From Bacillota bacterium (GTDB lineage: Bacteria > Bacillota_I > Bacilli_A > RF39 > UBA660), in NCBI GenBank assembly GCA_015059445.1, contig SVAK01000002.1, forward strand, positions 36,698 through 100,697: a stretch of DNA of 64,000 nucleotides, given 5' to 3'. Shown here piece by piece: positions 31,042-41,356 of the stretch (positions are counted from its first letter, which is position 1; every line of letters begins with the position of its first letter). The notes under the pieces were generated by a model. It saw nothing but the letters and a program-made list of their open reading frames with translations. It was not told the DNA's origin and did no database searches. The translations under genes and the position numbers were made by a program.

Positions 31042-32102
31042 CTTTTAAATTTTTGCCACCAGCTTAACTTTTCTAAATTTTCTTTTTGAACTTTTACATA
31101 AATCGGTTCTTTATGAAAAATCTGATTATCCAATATAACTTCTATATAGCCAACCATAGTATCATCAATATAATCTTCTAGTTTCATTAAATTAATATTT
31201 AAAGATACTTTTTTTAGTTCATCTTTTGTTAATGTCATATTGTAATCATTTTTTATATACAATTTATCTTCCTTATAATAATCATCTTCTTCTACTTTAA
31301 AATTATTCTGATTAAATAATTCATAACTCTTATATTTTTGAAATGTCTGTTCATATATAGTTTTGTGATCATCCCAATCATTCGGATCATTTAAAGTTAC
31401 CACTACTAAATTTATATTATCTTTACTACCAGTGGTTACTAAAGTTCTTCTTGCAAGTTCTGTATAACCGGTTTTACCACCAGTAATATAATCTAAACTT
31501 AATAACTTATTTTTATTATGCCAGACATAAGTTTTATAATTTGTTTTAACCGTATGTTTTTGAGTTTTAAATATTTCTCTAAAAGTATCATTTTGCATCG
31601 CATACTTTGTTAGTTTAGCCATATCTAAAGTAGTAGATTTATTAGCATCTCCATTAGACTCCTCCAAACCATGAGGATTATAAAAAATTGTGTTTTTCAT
31701 ATTTAAATTAGCAGCATATTCATTCATCAAATAAACAAACTCTTCTTCACTACCCGACACAGCTTCAGCTATAGCCAAAGAGGCATCATTACCACTTCGA
31801 AGCATCAGTCCATATAGCAAATCTTTTAAAATAATTTTCTCTCCAACTTCAATATATATAGCACTACCATAAGCTTCATAAATAACATCACTCACTTCTA
31901 TTTCTTGGGATATATCACTATTTTCAATAGCTACAATAGCAGTCATAATTTTAGTGGTACTAGCAATCAACTTTTTTTCTTCTATATTATAACCATATAG
32001 TACTCTCCCTGTATCTAAATCCATCGCTATAGCTGATGAAGCACTAATGCTAAACACTTTTATAGGTATTAAAAATAACAACATAAACAACAATTTTTTC
32101 AT
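31029..32102 (-). CDS. dacB: D-Ala-D-Ala carboxypeptidase (DacB/PBP5*)
   Basis: ASTTK, SGND, GGKTGYT; upstream of spmAB. Confidence 0.9.
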   Translation of the reverse strand: MKKLLFMLLFLIPIKVFSISASSAIAMDLDTGRVLYGYNIEEKKLIASTTKIMTAIVAIENSDISQEIEVSDVIYEAYGSAIYIEVGEKIILKDLLYGLMLRSGNDASLAIAEAVSGSEEEFVYLMNEYAANLNMKNTIFYNPHGLEESNGDANKSTTLDMAKLTKYAMQNDTFREIFKTQKHTVKTNYKTYVWHNKNKLLSLDYITGGKTGYTELARRTLVTTGSKDNINLVVVTLNDPNDWDDHKTIYEQTFQKYKSYELFNQNNFKVEEDDYYKEDKLYIKNDYNMTLTKDELKKVSLNINLMKLEDYIDDTMVGYIEVILDNQIFHKEPIYVKVQKENLEKLSWWQKFKRWLF

Positions 32103-32183
32103 AAATTCACCTATGAAATTATATGTTTTGAAAATAAAAAAATGTTGATAACATAATAGTTACCAACATTAATAATATATTAA

Positions 32184-32615
32184 TTAGCTTTTCTTTGTTT
32201 TTCTATTTGTTTTTTTTGGTTCTTCTAATTTTTCAGCTGTGTTCTTTAGTATTTCAGCTGTTTTTGATTTAACTTTTTTTGCGGTTTTTTCTACAATAGG
32301 AGTTCCTTTTTCAATAGCTAAATCCACTAATTCTTGAGCTTTGATTTTAACGTCATTTGTCTTATCAATAATTAATTGTTTAGCAGTTTCTTTATCTAAA
32401 TCTTTAAGCGTATTTTCCAATTCTTTTGTTTTTACAATAATTGCATTTTTAACTTCTTCAACATCAATTTGTTTTGCTTTTTCAATTAAGTCTTTTATTA
32501 ATCTAGATAAATCTTCTCTTGTTTCCTTACCACTTTTAGGCGCGAATAAAAAACCTAATCCTAACCCAACAGCAGCGCCTATTAAAAAATTTCTTTTTTT
32601 ACTCATCTTCTTCAC
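32184..32615 (-). CDS. YtxH-family protein
   Basis: GAAVGLGLGFLFAPKSGKETREDL. Confidence 0.88.
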   Translation of the reverse strand: MKKMSKKRNFLIGAAVGLGLGFLFAPKSGKETREDLSRLIKDLIEKAKQIDVEEVKNAIIVKTKELENTLKDLDKETAKQLIIDKTNDVKIKAQELVDLAIEKGTPIVEKTAKKVKSKTAEILKNTAEKLEEPKKTNRKTKKS

Positions 32616-32898
32616 TCTCCATTTCTACTGTATTCTTATTCTTAAAAAATAATTTAACTATTAAATTTTCAATTGTTGATACCACTGATCCTAACACACT
32701 ACTAACTTTATCTGACACCATACCTAAAGTATCAAATAATGGAGCAACCTTTTCTACTTTTTCGTTAACATCATCAACTAATTTAACAACTTTATCTATA
32801 GTAATTATAAGCTTAATTCCTAAAACTATACCAACTGTTATTATTATTATTAACAAAAAATAAATAATTATTGGTAATACTTGTAATAATACTTCCAT
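32599..32898 (-). CDS. YtxG/DUF948-like membrane protein
   Basis: TM helix plus coiled coil; directly upstream of ytxH. Confidence 0.65.
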   Translation of the reverse strand: MEVLLQVLPIIIYFLLIIIITVGIVLGIKLIITIDKVVKLVDDVNEKVEKVAPLFDTLGMVSDKVSSVLGSVVSTIENLIVKLFFKNKNTVEMESEEDE

Positions 32899-32899
32899 A

Positions 32900-33706
32900 T
32901 TATTCCCCCTCCTCTCTTTCATCATACATAGAATCAATTAATTCAAATAAATCACTATCTAATGTATCATCCAAATCCTTATGTACAGTTTTCTCTTCAG
33001 TATCTAATTTTTCTAATTCCTCTTCAATAGCATCTAAATTATTTGTTTTAGGTATTTCTAAAGTATCTTCTAACGATATTTCATCAGAAGCATCTTCTAG
33101 TAAATCGTCAATAGATCTATATTCTTCTCTGGTTGGAACTTCTTTAATCTTAATAGTGTCTTTTTCCTCAAAGAATGTAACTACTGGTTCGTCGATAGTT
33201 TCAATAACTTCTTCTTGTTTCGGTTCAAAAGCTTTTTTTCTAACTGCTTCTATATCTATATTAGATGCACTATCTTTTTTATTAACAATATCTTCTGCCT
33301 TATAATCTTGATTTAAAATTCCATATACAGGCGAAATAATTGGCGATGGTTTGAATTTCTTCTTCTCCGTATATTCTCTTGTTTCAATCCTTTCATATCT
33401 TCCATAATCAGTTCTTTTTTCAACAGTTTTCTTTCTTTCATACTCTAAAACGTTTGCTTTTGGTTTAGGTCTTGCCATACTAGAAAATTCTTCTTCATCA
33501 AATTCTGGAAATTGGAAAGAATTCTCATTTCTAAATAATTCTCTTTCGCTTGTTGTCTCTTTTTGAACTTCTTTTTCTTCAACTTCAGGTTCAATTTTTA
33601 CTACCTTTGGTGCTTCTTCAGTTGTTTCTTCACGCACTTTTATCGGTTGTGTAAATTCTTCTTCCTCTTCAAATAAAATATCTTTTAATTTTTTTACTAA
33701 ACCCAT
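32900..33706 (-). CDS. Acidic hypothetical protein
   Basis: FKPSPIISPVYG motif within a disordered acidic chain. Confidence 0.7.
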   Translation of the reverse strand: MGLVKKLKDILFEEEEEFTQPIKVREETTEEAPKVVKIEPEVEEKEVQKETTSERELFRNENSFQFPEFDEEEFSSMARPKPKANVLEYERKKTVEKRTDYGRYERIETREYTEKKKFKPSPIISPVYGILNQDYKAEDIVNKKDSASNIDIEAVRKKAFEPKQEEVIETIDEPVVTFFEEKDTIKIKEVPTREEYRSIDDLLEDASDEISLEDTLEIPKTNNLDAIEEELEKLDTEEKTVHKDLDDTLDSDLFELIDSMYDEREEGE

Positions 33707-33718
33707 AGGTTCATCCTC

Positions 33719-34366
33719 CTAATTTAAAAAATCAGTATCCTTAATTTCTACTTGTTCTTCTTCCTCAGCATCGTTAACTTCAAAATCAAGATTACTAGAA
33801 TTTTCTTCAACTTCTTCAAACATATCAAAAATTTCTTCTGTATAAGTTAAATTATCATCGTTAAGTAAATTATCAATAATAGTATCATTGTACTTAATGC
33901 TGTTTAATATCACAATGGAATTTATTAGAGCTTTTTTTATCAAACTCTCATCTACCATCACTTCTATTTTAGCATAATTATACATAATTTCAATCAAATA
34001 TTGATTATTTTCCCATAATTTAATTTCAACATATCCGCGCTTACCATTATAATTTATTTTGGTTGAATATATTGCTTCATCATTTGTTTCATAATTAAAG
34101 TTTTTCTTAACATTATAACTAACTAAATCAATATATAAATAGTAGAAAACATCACTACTAGATAGAATTGCATAATTGGTTCCTGAGTCACTTACTTGTA
34201 AGCCCTTTGGTACATAAAATTGATGACCATTTTTAAATGTATTAGCAGGTTTGGGACTATGACTTAAAGTATTTACAATAGTATCGTAATTTAAACTATT
34301 TAAGTTTACACAACCAGATAAACAAAAAATTATAATTAATATTAAAAATATTTTTTTTAATTTCAT
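33719..34366 (-). CDS. Putative lipoprotein
   Basis: Lipobox LSGC after a signal peptide. Confidence 0.75.
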   Translation of the reverse strand: MKLKKIFLILIIIFCLSGCVNLNSLNYDTIVNTLSHSPKPANTFKNGHQFYVPKGLQVSDSGTNYAILSSSDVFYYLYIDLVSYNVKKNFNYETNDEAIYSTKINYNGKRGYVEIKLWENNQYLIEIMYNYAKIEVMVDESLIKKALINSIVILNSIKYNDTIIDNLLNDDNLTYTEEIFDMFEEVEENSSNLDFEVNDAEEEEQVEIKDTDFLN

Positions 34367-34393
34367 ATCTTACTCCGTTATCATTATATCAAT

Positions 34394-35005
34394 TTATTTT
34401 ATTGCTTTCAAATATTTTATTTTTACACCTTTATTACTAAATTTTTCTTCATATTCTGTTTTTATATTTGGTATTTTTGTGCTATGTAGATCGTAACTAA
34501 TATTTTCTATTACATAACCATAGTTTCTTATAGACTCCACACTGTAATCAAACAAATCATCATTATCCGTTTTTTGAATAATTACACATTTATCTCTAAA
34601 TAAACCATCATAAAGTTTTAAAAAATTGGGCGAAGTTAATCTTCTTTTTTCATGTCTTGCCTTTGGCCAAGGATCAGAAAAATTCAAATATATAACATCT
34701 ACTTTATTTTTTAACAAATCGCTTAAATCTACTATATCACTAATAATAACTTTTAAATTAGGCAAATCATATTCCATTATTTTTTTTATTGCTACACTAG
34801 CTACGCTTGAATATTTTTCAATACCAATATAATTAATATCTGGATTATTTATTGCCATGTTTAATATAAAATTACCTTTACCCATCCCAATTTCTATGTG
34901 TAATGGTAAATCTTTTTCAAAATTAATTTCATCACTAACTAAAAATGTACAATTATTAATAACTTCATCTTTGTATTTAGGGTTTCTCATCCGCATTTTA
35001 ACCAC
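34394..35005 (-). CDS. trmB: tRNA (guanine-N7)-methyltransferase
   Basis: EIGMGKG, LNFSDPWPK.RHEKRRL, KTDN, TEYEEKF. Confidence 0.95.
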   Translation of the reverse strand: MVKMRMRNPKYKDEVINNCTFLVSDEINFEKDLPLHIEIGMGKGNFILNMAINNPDINYIGIEKYSSVASVAIKKIMEYDLPNLKVIISDIVDLSDLLKNKVDVIYLNFSDPWPKARHEKRRLTSPNFLKLYDGLFRDKCVIIQKTDNDDLFDYSVESIRNYGYVIENISYDLHSTKIPNIKTEYEEKFSNKGVKIKYLKAIK

Positions 35006-35043
35006 TTCCTTTATTTTTTCATATAATGTTGTAGGAGGTATTT

Positions 35044-35355
35044 ATGAAAAAAACACGCAACTCTTTCTTTGCAGAAAGCTCTTATCAAGCCTACAACCCT
35101 ACTATGAATATGCAAATGCAACAGGCACCTTATCAAACCGCTAGCAACTATTTCTATCAAGGGCCTATGCCTGGACCTATGCCTAATAATTATAGCACAT
35201 TAAACACAGGTAATGATATAGAAAGTCGTCTTGCTAAAATTGAAAGGCAAATCAACAGAATTGACTATCGTTTAACAAAATTAGAAAATGCTAATAATAT
35301 CATGACTTCAGAAGATTTTGATACAAATAATAGCTCAAATATGTATATGTTATAA
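35044..35355 (+). CDS. Small Gln/Pro/Met-rich protein with coiled coil, spore-coat-like
   Basis: SD AGGAGG; IESRLAKIERQINRIDYRLTKLE. Confidence 0.6.
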   Translation: MKKTRNSFFAESSYQAYNPTMNMQMQQAPYQTASNYFYQGPMPGPMPNNYSTLNTGNDIESRLAKIERQINRIDYRLTKLENANNIMTSEDFDTNNSSNMYML

Positions 35356-35374
35356 ACTCAGAGTTCTGAGTTTT

Positions 35375-35542
35375 TTAATGATAAATAATCATTGCTGTAA
35401 AACAATATAATTGTTCTTCACCATTAATTGCAATGGCTACTTGATATTTAATATCTATAACATCTATATCTCTACTTAAAAATGCATTAATACTATTTTC
35501 CAAATCTTTTTCACAATCTTCATCTATAACTTTTACCTTCAT
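35375..35542 (-). CDS. cse60: Sporulation protein Cse60
   Basis: MKVKVIDEDCEKDLENSINAFL...DIKYQVA...YCFTAMIIY. Confidence 0.8.
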   Translation of the reverse strand: MKVKVIDEDCEKDLENSINAFLSRDIDVIDIKYQVAIAINGEEQLYCFTAMIIYH

Positions 35543-35820
35543 AAATATCACCTTTATAACTATATCAGAATAATTATGCAAAATTTGTCATATAAAAACC
35601 AATATGCAATTTATATATCAGTTTTAATCTAAATAACTAAATTTTAGTCAATTTATCTTTTCTTTTAATAACGATGAGTTAGTAGAATTGATTTAAATAT
35701 TATAGCTAGAATTTGTTAAGCGCTTAATTGTGACATAAATTACATGTTTAATTATAAATTTTAAACTCTTGTTACCAAAATATATTTATTTTGTGATATA
35801 ATTTTTAAAAAGGTGGTTGT

Positions 35821-37437
35821 ATGAAAGATAAAACTTATATATTTGGACATAAAAATCCTGATACCGATAGTGTTTGTAGCGCAATTAGTTTATCATATTT
35901 AAAGAACGCTTTAGGTTTTAATACTGAATCAAGAATTTTATCAAGTATTAATGAAGAAACTAAATATGTTTTAAAAAAATTCAAAATAAATATCCCAGAA
36001 ATTTTAAACGATGTTAAATTACAAGTTAGTGACATTAATTACCATAAAGATTTTAAAATAAGTATGAAAGAATCTGTTTATAATGCTTTTTTTAAAATGC
36101 AAAATGAGAATATGAGTACAATACCAATAGTTGATGAAAAAGAACATTTTGTTGGAGCTTTTGCCATGAAAGACATTGCAAAAAAAGAAATATTAGGAGA
36201 TAATAAAACCCTTAAATCAAATTATATCCACATATTAGAAGTTATAGAAGGTCAAGAAGTCTTAAAATTTAATGACGAAATTTTAGGTAATATTACTAAT
36301 GTAGATTTAAGAAGTACTACATTTTATAATCATTCTCAATTTAATAATGATACTATTTTAATCGTAGGAGATCGCCATTCCATAATTGAAGATGCCGTTA
36401 ATAAAAAAGTTAAGCTGATAGTTATTACCGGTAATAATAAAATAAAAGATGAGCATATAGAAATAGCAAGACAAAATAAAGTAAATGTAATTTATACGAA
36501 TAAAGATTCATATGAAACTTTATTAAAAATAGGATTTGCTAATTATATTGAAAATTATCGCTATACTAAAGATTTAGTTTGTGTAAACGAAAGTTTAGAT
36601 ATAAGTGATTTAAATGATATTATTAATAAAACTAAACATAGTTATTATCCCGTAATAAACAATGATAATACTTGTTTAGGATTAATTAAATTATCTGATT
36701 TAAGAGATACTCGTCCTAAAAAAGTTATCTTAGTAGATCATAATGAAACAACACAAAGTGTAGACGGTTTAGATGAAGCAGATATTATTGAAATTGTAGA
36801 CCACCATAAATTAGGAAATATAGGGACCAATCAACCTATTAATTTCCGTAATATGACTGTTGGTAGTACTTGTACTATTGTATACCAATTATTTAAAGAA
36901 AATAAAGTTAAAATTCCAGAACATATTGCTGCTTTACTCTTGTCCGGCATTATTTCAGACACTCTTTTATTAAAAAGTCCTACTGCCACTAAAGAAGATG
37001 AAAAAGTATTACATGATTTAGTTAAGCTTACAAATATAAATGCAGACAAATTAGCAATAGAAATGTTTAAATCTAATGATGTAGTAAAATCTAAATCAAT
37101 AAAAGAAGTGGTATATATGGATTTTAAAACATTTAATATTGACAAAAAAGTAGTAGCTATAAGTCAAATAAACACTCTTAATTCTAAAGCCATTTTAAAA
37201 CAAAAAACAAGTTATATTAAATATTTAAATAAAGAAAGTAATAAACAAAATTATGATATTATGATTTTTATAATTACTGATATATTTAAAAATGGGTCAT
37301 ATATATTATTTAATGAAAGTGCTAAAAATACTTTGCGATTGGCATTTACTGAAACTTTAGAACAAGGTGACTTTTTAGCAAATATTGTTTCTCGAAAAAA
37401 ACAAATACTACCAGCTATAATGAATTTTCTAAAATAA
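35821..37437 (+). CDS. ppaC: Mn-dependent inorganic pyrophosphatase with CBS/DRTGG insert
   Basis: GHKNPDTDS, VGDR, LVDHNE, IVDHH, IISDTLLLKSPT, VSRKKQ. Confidence 0.95.
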   Translation: MKDKTYIFGHKNPDTDSVCSAISLSYLKNALGFNTESRILSSINEETKYVLKKFKINIPEILNDVKLQVSDINYHKDFKISMKESVYNAFFKMQNENMSTIPIVDEKEHFVGAFAMKDIAKKEILGDNKTLKSNYIHILEVIEGQEVLKFNDEILGNITNVDLRSTTFYNHSQFNNDTILIVGDRHSIIEDAVNKKVKLIVITGNNKIKDEHIEIARQNKVNVIYTNKDSYETLLKIGFANYIENYRYTKDLVCVNESLDISDLNDIINKTKHSYYPVINNDNTCLGLIKLSDLRDTRPKKVILVDHNETTQSVDGLDEADIIEIVDHHKLGNIGTNQPINFRNMTVGSTCTIVYQLFKENKVKIPEHIAALLLSGIISDTLLLKSPTATKEDEKVLHDLVKLTNINADKLAIEMFKSNDVVKSKSIKEVVYMDFKTFNIDKKVVAISQINTLNSKAILKQKTSYIKYLNKESNKQNYDIMIFIITDIFKNGSYILFNESAKNTLRLAFTETLEQGDFLANIVSRKKQILPAIMNFLK

Positions 37438-37440
37438 TAG

Positions 37441-37469
37441 AAAAGGAACGGTGAATCGTTCCTTTTTTT
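37441..37469. terminator. Intrinsic terminator after ppaC
   Basis: AAAAGGAACG-gtgaat-CGTTCCTTTTTTT. Confidence 0.8.
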
Positions 37470-37595
37470 ATAGTGTGAGTTTTAGGTTATTTTTTTACTT
37501 TAAACAGTTAATATCATCTCCTTACAATTAAATGTTAGTAATTATTTGTGATAATTATATGTTTAATTGAAGAAAATTTTATAGACCTTTGTATC

Positions 37596-40500
37596 TTAAA
37601 TTTTTAATCCTTCTAGAACATCTTCTGACCTACCATTTGGAAATAATTCCGGTCTTAACTTAGACAATTTTTCTAAAGTGCTTCGTGCATAAGAAGCACC
37701 GGTTGGTAAATAATTAGTTATTACCTTATTATCTTGAGTAATTATTACATACCAATCTTTACCAAAGTATACCTCTGCCATATCTACATCAAGACTAATA
37801 TTTAGTTTTTCGTTTATACTATTAATAAAATATACTGCTTTTTTATATTGTTCTAAAAGATTTGTCCCCGGTTTCATACTAATCAACTTTTTATATAAAT
37901 CTAAATATTTCTTCTTATACGCTTTTATTTCCAGCCATAATCTATAACGTTCTTTTTGATAATCAGTTAGACCTGGACTTAAATCAAACCTTTTATTGGA
38001 TAATACAGAAATATTATTCTTAATTTCAACAATTTGTTTCATCATAATCAATTCCTCTTGAGAAAATTGATATATAAAATTATATTCAAAAGTTGGATAG
38101 TCATATGAACGCATTGCGCTTCCATAAGAAATATCTGATATTTTTTTTTCAGGATTAAATGCTAGTATGTGATGAGAAGTACTTCCCAAATTATTATACA
38201 TCCCATTAAAACTATTATTTGCATCATATATATGAAATTTTTTATCAGTAGGTAATACTCCCTTGCAAAAACTTTCATCTAAATAAGCAAGATTAGAAAT
38301 AGCGACAAAATCTAAATTATCACCAGACGCTTTAGCTTCAGCTAAAGTTTTTTCGGCATATTGAATTAACATTTCGTGCACCACTTTCAATAACTCTGTA
38401 TTATGATGTTCAGTTTCTATACTATGTATCATTAAAACATTACCATTTCGCAAAAGAGGCGAGAACATAATAGTTTGACCTTTATTATCTCTTATTTCAA
38501 TTCCTCCGCCATATTCAGTTGAAACACAATAATTAAGTAATGATGTGTCTTTGCCTTGATCATCAGCATTACCATTTGGCCGGAAGCAACAATGACTTCG
38601 ATGCCCAGCACTTAAAATATCTCTATCTTGCGGACCATATACAAACAATGTGTAATTATCTTTTTTAATAGTTACATTAGGAAATTTTTTAGTTTTAATA
38701 TCCTCCATTCGTCTAGATAATGTTTGAGCTCGCCTTCTGGCCGTACTAGGATTGGTAACCCATTGAGTATCAACACCAACATAATCAAAAACTCGACTGT
38801 TTTTTAATGGCTCATCCCTAAAGTCTAATGTTATTTCTTCTTGAACTGATAATACTCTTTTAGCAATTGCATTGATAAATGATATATTCAATTTTGTGGG
38901 TAATTTAGATACGTTTAATAATTTATAATATTCTTCTTCTATTAATTCCCAGTTATCAAAAGCCCAACTAAAGCGATTGATAAATTTTTCAATATTTTCT
39001 TTAAGAGATGCAAATTGAGCTCTAACTTCTTCTTGTTTTTCTTTTTTCTGATGTGCAGATAGCTTACTATCGTTTTCTATTTTTGCTATAGATTTTTCCA
39101 TTTCTATAGTTAAATCACTAAAATTTGTTAGATAGTGATGAATTGCAGCATTTTTATCTTTATAATTATTTCCAAACATTAAGGTCATTAATTTTTGATT
39201 TTCAACTGGGACAAAATTATTTCCTTGTTGCACTAGTAAAACATTATCTAAAGAAATATTTGAAAAAATAGCGTTCAATTTTTCATAATTTACTGGACCA
39301 TAATTTTTTTCTTGATTAGGACTTAATAAATCCCTACAATGAACATAACCAATCGTTCCATACATACGAATAGCTAAATCAAACGCTTGAAATGAAGAAA
39401 CATTAAATTGATTTGATATTAATGTTATTATTTCCTTTAAATGTTTTTTGTTTATAAACTCATAAAGTGTACCATGCGCTGTCGAAATTTTTTCAGCATC
39501 TTTTCTAGATAATATATCTGTAAATTGCGCAGCAACTTTTAAATGCGCATCAGATTTAATATAATTTAATGAGAAAGAATTTCTAGTACCATTTAGCATC
39601 TTCTCAACAACTAAATATGCACTCGACTTATCATTAAATTGTAATGCCAAAGAATTTTTAACTCTAGTTAAATAATATTCACATAGTTGATTCAAATTTT
39701 CATCATTTAAACCACATCTTTTATAATTTTTAATTACAATCATCGCCAGCGATAAATCAAAACTTTTTTGGATTTCAGCAAAAAATAATTTAAAATCTTC
39801 AAGAGTAGATATTTTAATTAACGACTCTACTAATTCATAATTATGAGTAATAAATGAATTAGTTTTAAAATCCCTATATTCTTTTTGTCTAAAATACAAA
39901 TTAATAATTTCACTAAATAGTTTTTTATCTTCTTCATTACTTAATTGTATCTGATTTAGTATACTTAATAAAGATATAGTTTCATAATTATTATTTAATA
40001 TATCATTTTTACATCTTATTAAAAGACGATGAATAAAATAATTATCATCTGACAATTTATTTAAAATTCGTTTTATTTCGTTACTTGAAAGATTTAAACA
40101 AATATATTCAATATTTTCTTGGGTAAAACTTTCATTGGGAAAATATAGCAAATACTGTAAAAGTTCTTTTTTTTGTAAAAAAATCTTTAATATCTTTGAA
40201 GAGCTTGTATAATCCTTAGGAAAAACAAATTCTCTTTCTTGTTCAAAAACATTTACAAGTTTATTAATTTGTTCTTCACTAAAATTATCTATTGTTGACA
40301 TTCTTAAAAAATCATAATATTGTTTGAAATCCTGTAATGACATTATAGCATCTGTAATTAGTTTTGATTGAAAAATAAAATTAAATTCTCGTCCATAAAA
40401 GATACCTTCTTCAAATCTAAAAGAACCATCTCGAATCATTTCTGCCATAATTTGTAGAGCATAATTCTTTTTATGAGCAGGAACAGCTAATATTATTCTA

Positions 40501-41117
40501 TAATTACTTTTCATTAAATTAATTAATATTTCATCACTATTCCATATAAAACTATTTTTTATGGAATCAGTATTAACTGGTATATATTCAACCTGCATAT
40601 TTTCTATTATTTGATTTAAAAATTTCCCATCATCATAGTAATTTTCTAATATACTCACCGCTAATGACAAATGTACAGAACCTCTGTTTAATAAATTTAA
40701 AATATAATCTTTTACTGATTGGAGTTTAAACAATCGAGATGGTAATCTAGATAAATCTAAATACTCGATTGGTTTGGTAGTTAAATATTCTTCTAAATAT
40801 AAAATATGTTTTTCTTCTAATGCTTTAGGAGAAATTTTAAAACAAAGGGATGGTTGATATTTTATAATTAAATCTATAAATTTTTTATTATAATCTAATT
40901 TTCTCAATAATTTATTTAAATCTAAATCATCTATTTCAAAATTACATTTTTCATAAATATATGAAAAAAAAGCATCAGTTAATAAATCTGGAAAATATTC
41001 CACCAGCTTTACTGAATCAAAATGCAAACTATCTTGAAATTCTCTAACTAATTTTTTTATCTCGTTTTTATATAAAAATGGATACTTAGCCATTAATTTT
41101 AATTTTCGTGGATTCAT
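37596..41117 (-). CDS. 1173-aa protein of unknown function
   Basis: Long intact ORF with a Leu-rich helical N-half, a coiled coil and a motif-rich C-terminal domain (SHCCFRPNGNAD). Confidence 0.85.
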   Translation of the reverse strand: MNPRKLKLMAKYPFLYKNEIKKLVREFQDSLHFDSVKLVEYFPDLLTDAFFSYIYEKCNFEIDDLDLNKLLRKLDYNKKFIDLIIKYQPSLCFKISPKALEEKHILYLEEYLTTKPIEYLDLSRLPSRLFKLQSVKDYILNLLNRGSVHLSLAVSILENYYDDGKFLNQIIENMQVEYIPVNTDSIKNSFIWNSDEILINLMKSNYRIILAVPAHKKNYALQIMAEMIRDGSFRFEEGIFYGREFNFIFQSKLITDAIMSLQDFKQYYDFLRMSTIDNFSEEQINKLVNVFEQEREFVFPKDYTSSSKILKIFLQKKELLQYLLYFPNESFTQENIEYICLNLSSNEIKRILNKLSDDNYFIHRLLIRCKNDILNNNYETISLLSILNQIQLSNEEDKKLFSEIINLYFRQKEYRDFKTNSFITHNYELVESLIKISTLEDFKLFFAEIQKSFDLSLAMIVIKNYKRCGLNDENLNQLCEYYLTRVKNSLALQFNDKSSAYLVVEKMLNGTRNSFSLNYIKSDAHLKVAAQFTDILSRKDAEKISTAHGTLYEFINKKHLKEIITLISNQFNVSSFQAFDLAIRMYGTIGYVHCRDLLSPNQEKNYGPVNYEKLNAIFSNISLDNVLLVQQGNNFVPVENQKLMTLMFGNNYKDKNAAIHHYLTNFSDLTIEMEKSIAKIENDSKLSAHQKKEKQEEVRAQFASLKENIEKFINRFSWAFDNWELIEEEYYKLLNVSKLPTKLNISFINAIAKRVLSVQEEITLDFRDEPLKNSRVFDYVGVDTQWVTNPSTARRRAQTLSRRMEDIKTKKFPNVTIKKDNYTLFVYGPQDRDILSAGHRSHCCFRPNGNADDQGKDTSLLNYCVSTEYGGGIEIRDNKGQTIMFSPLLRNGNVLMIHSIETEHHNTELLKVVHEMLIQYAEKTLAEAKASGDNLDFVAISNLAYLDESFCKGVLPTDKKFHIYDANNSFNGMYNNLGSTSHHILAFNPEKKISDISYGSAMRSYDYPTFEYNFIYQFSQEELIMMKQIVEIKNNISVLSNKRFDLSPGLTDYQKERYRLWLEIKAYKKKYLDLYKKLISMKPGTNLLEQYKKAVYFINSINEKLNISLDVDMAEVYFGKDWYVIITQDNKVITNYLPTGASYARSTLEKLSKLRPELFPNGRSEDVLEGLKI

Positions 41118-41335
41118 AAACTTGTCTTTTCCTTCTTTTCAACCTTTAATGCATAGTCTAAATCGCCAAAATTAGGTATAAATTCCACCGTTTCACCCGT
41201 TGTGTATATTTCCTTTGCATTAACACCGCTAGATTGTTCAAAATAATATAAAGATTCATCAGCTCCGATAATATACCCATAACCTTTTGTTTTGTCAAAC
41301 CACTTTATAGTTCCATTCATTTTAAGTTCTTGCAT
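41114..41335 (-). CDS. Cold-shock-domain protein, divergent
   Basis: GTIKWFDKTKGYGYI (RNP1); RNP2 altered to YFEQS; GETVEF. Confidence 0.8.
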   Translation of the reverse strand: MQELKMNGTIKWFDKTKGYGYIIGADESLYYFEQSSGVNAKEIYTTGETVEFIPNFGDLDYALKVEKKEKTSL

Positions 41336-41356
41336 ATTTTAAACACCTTATTTTAA

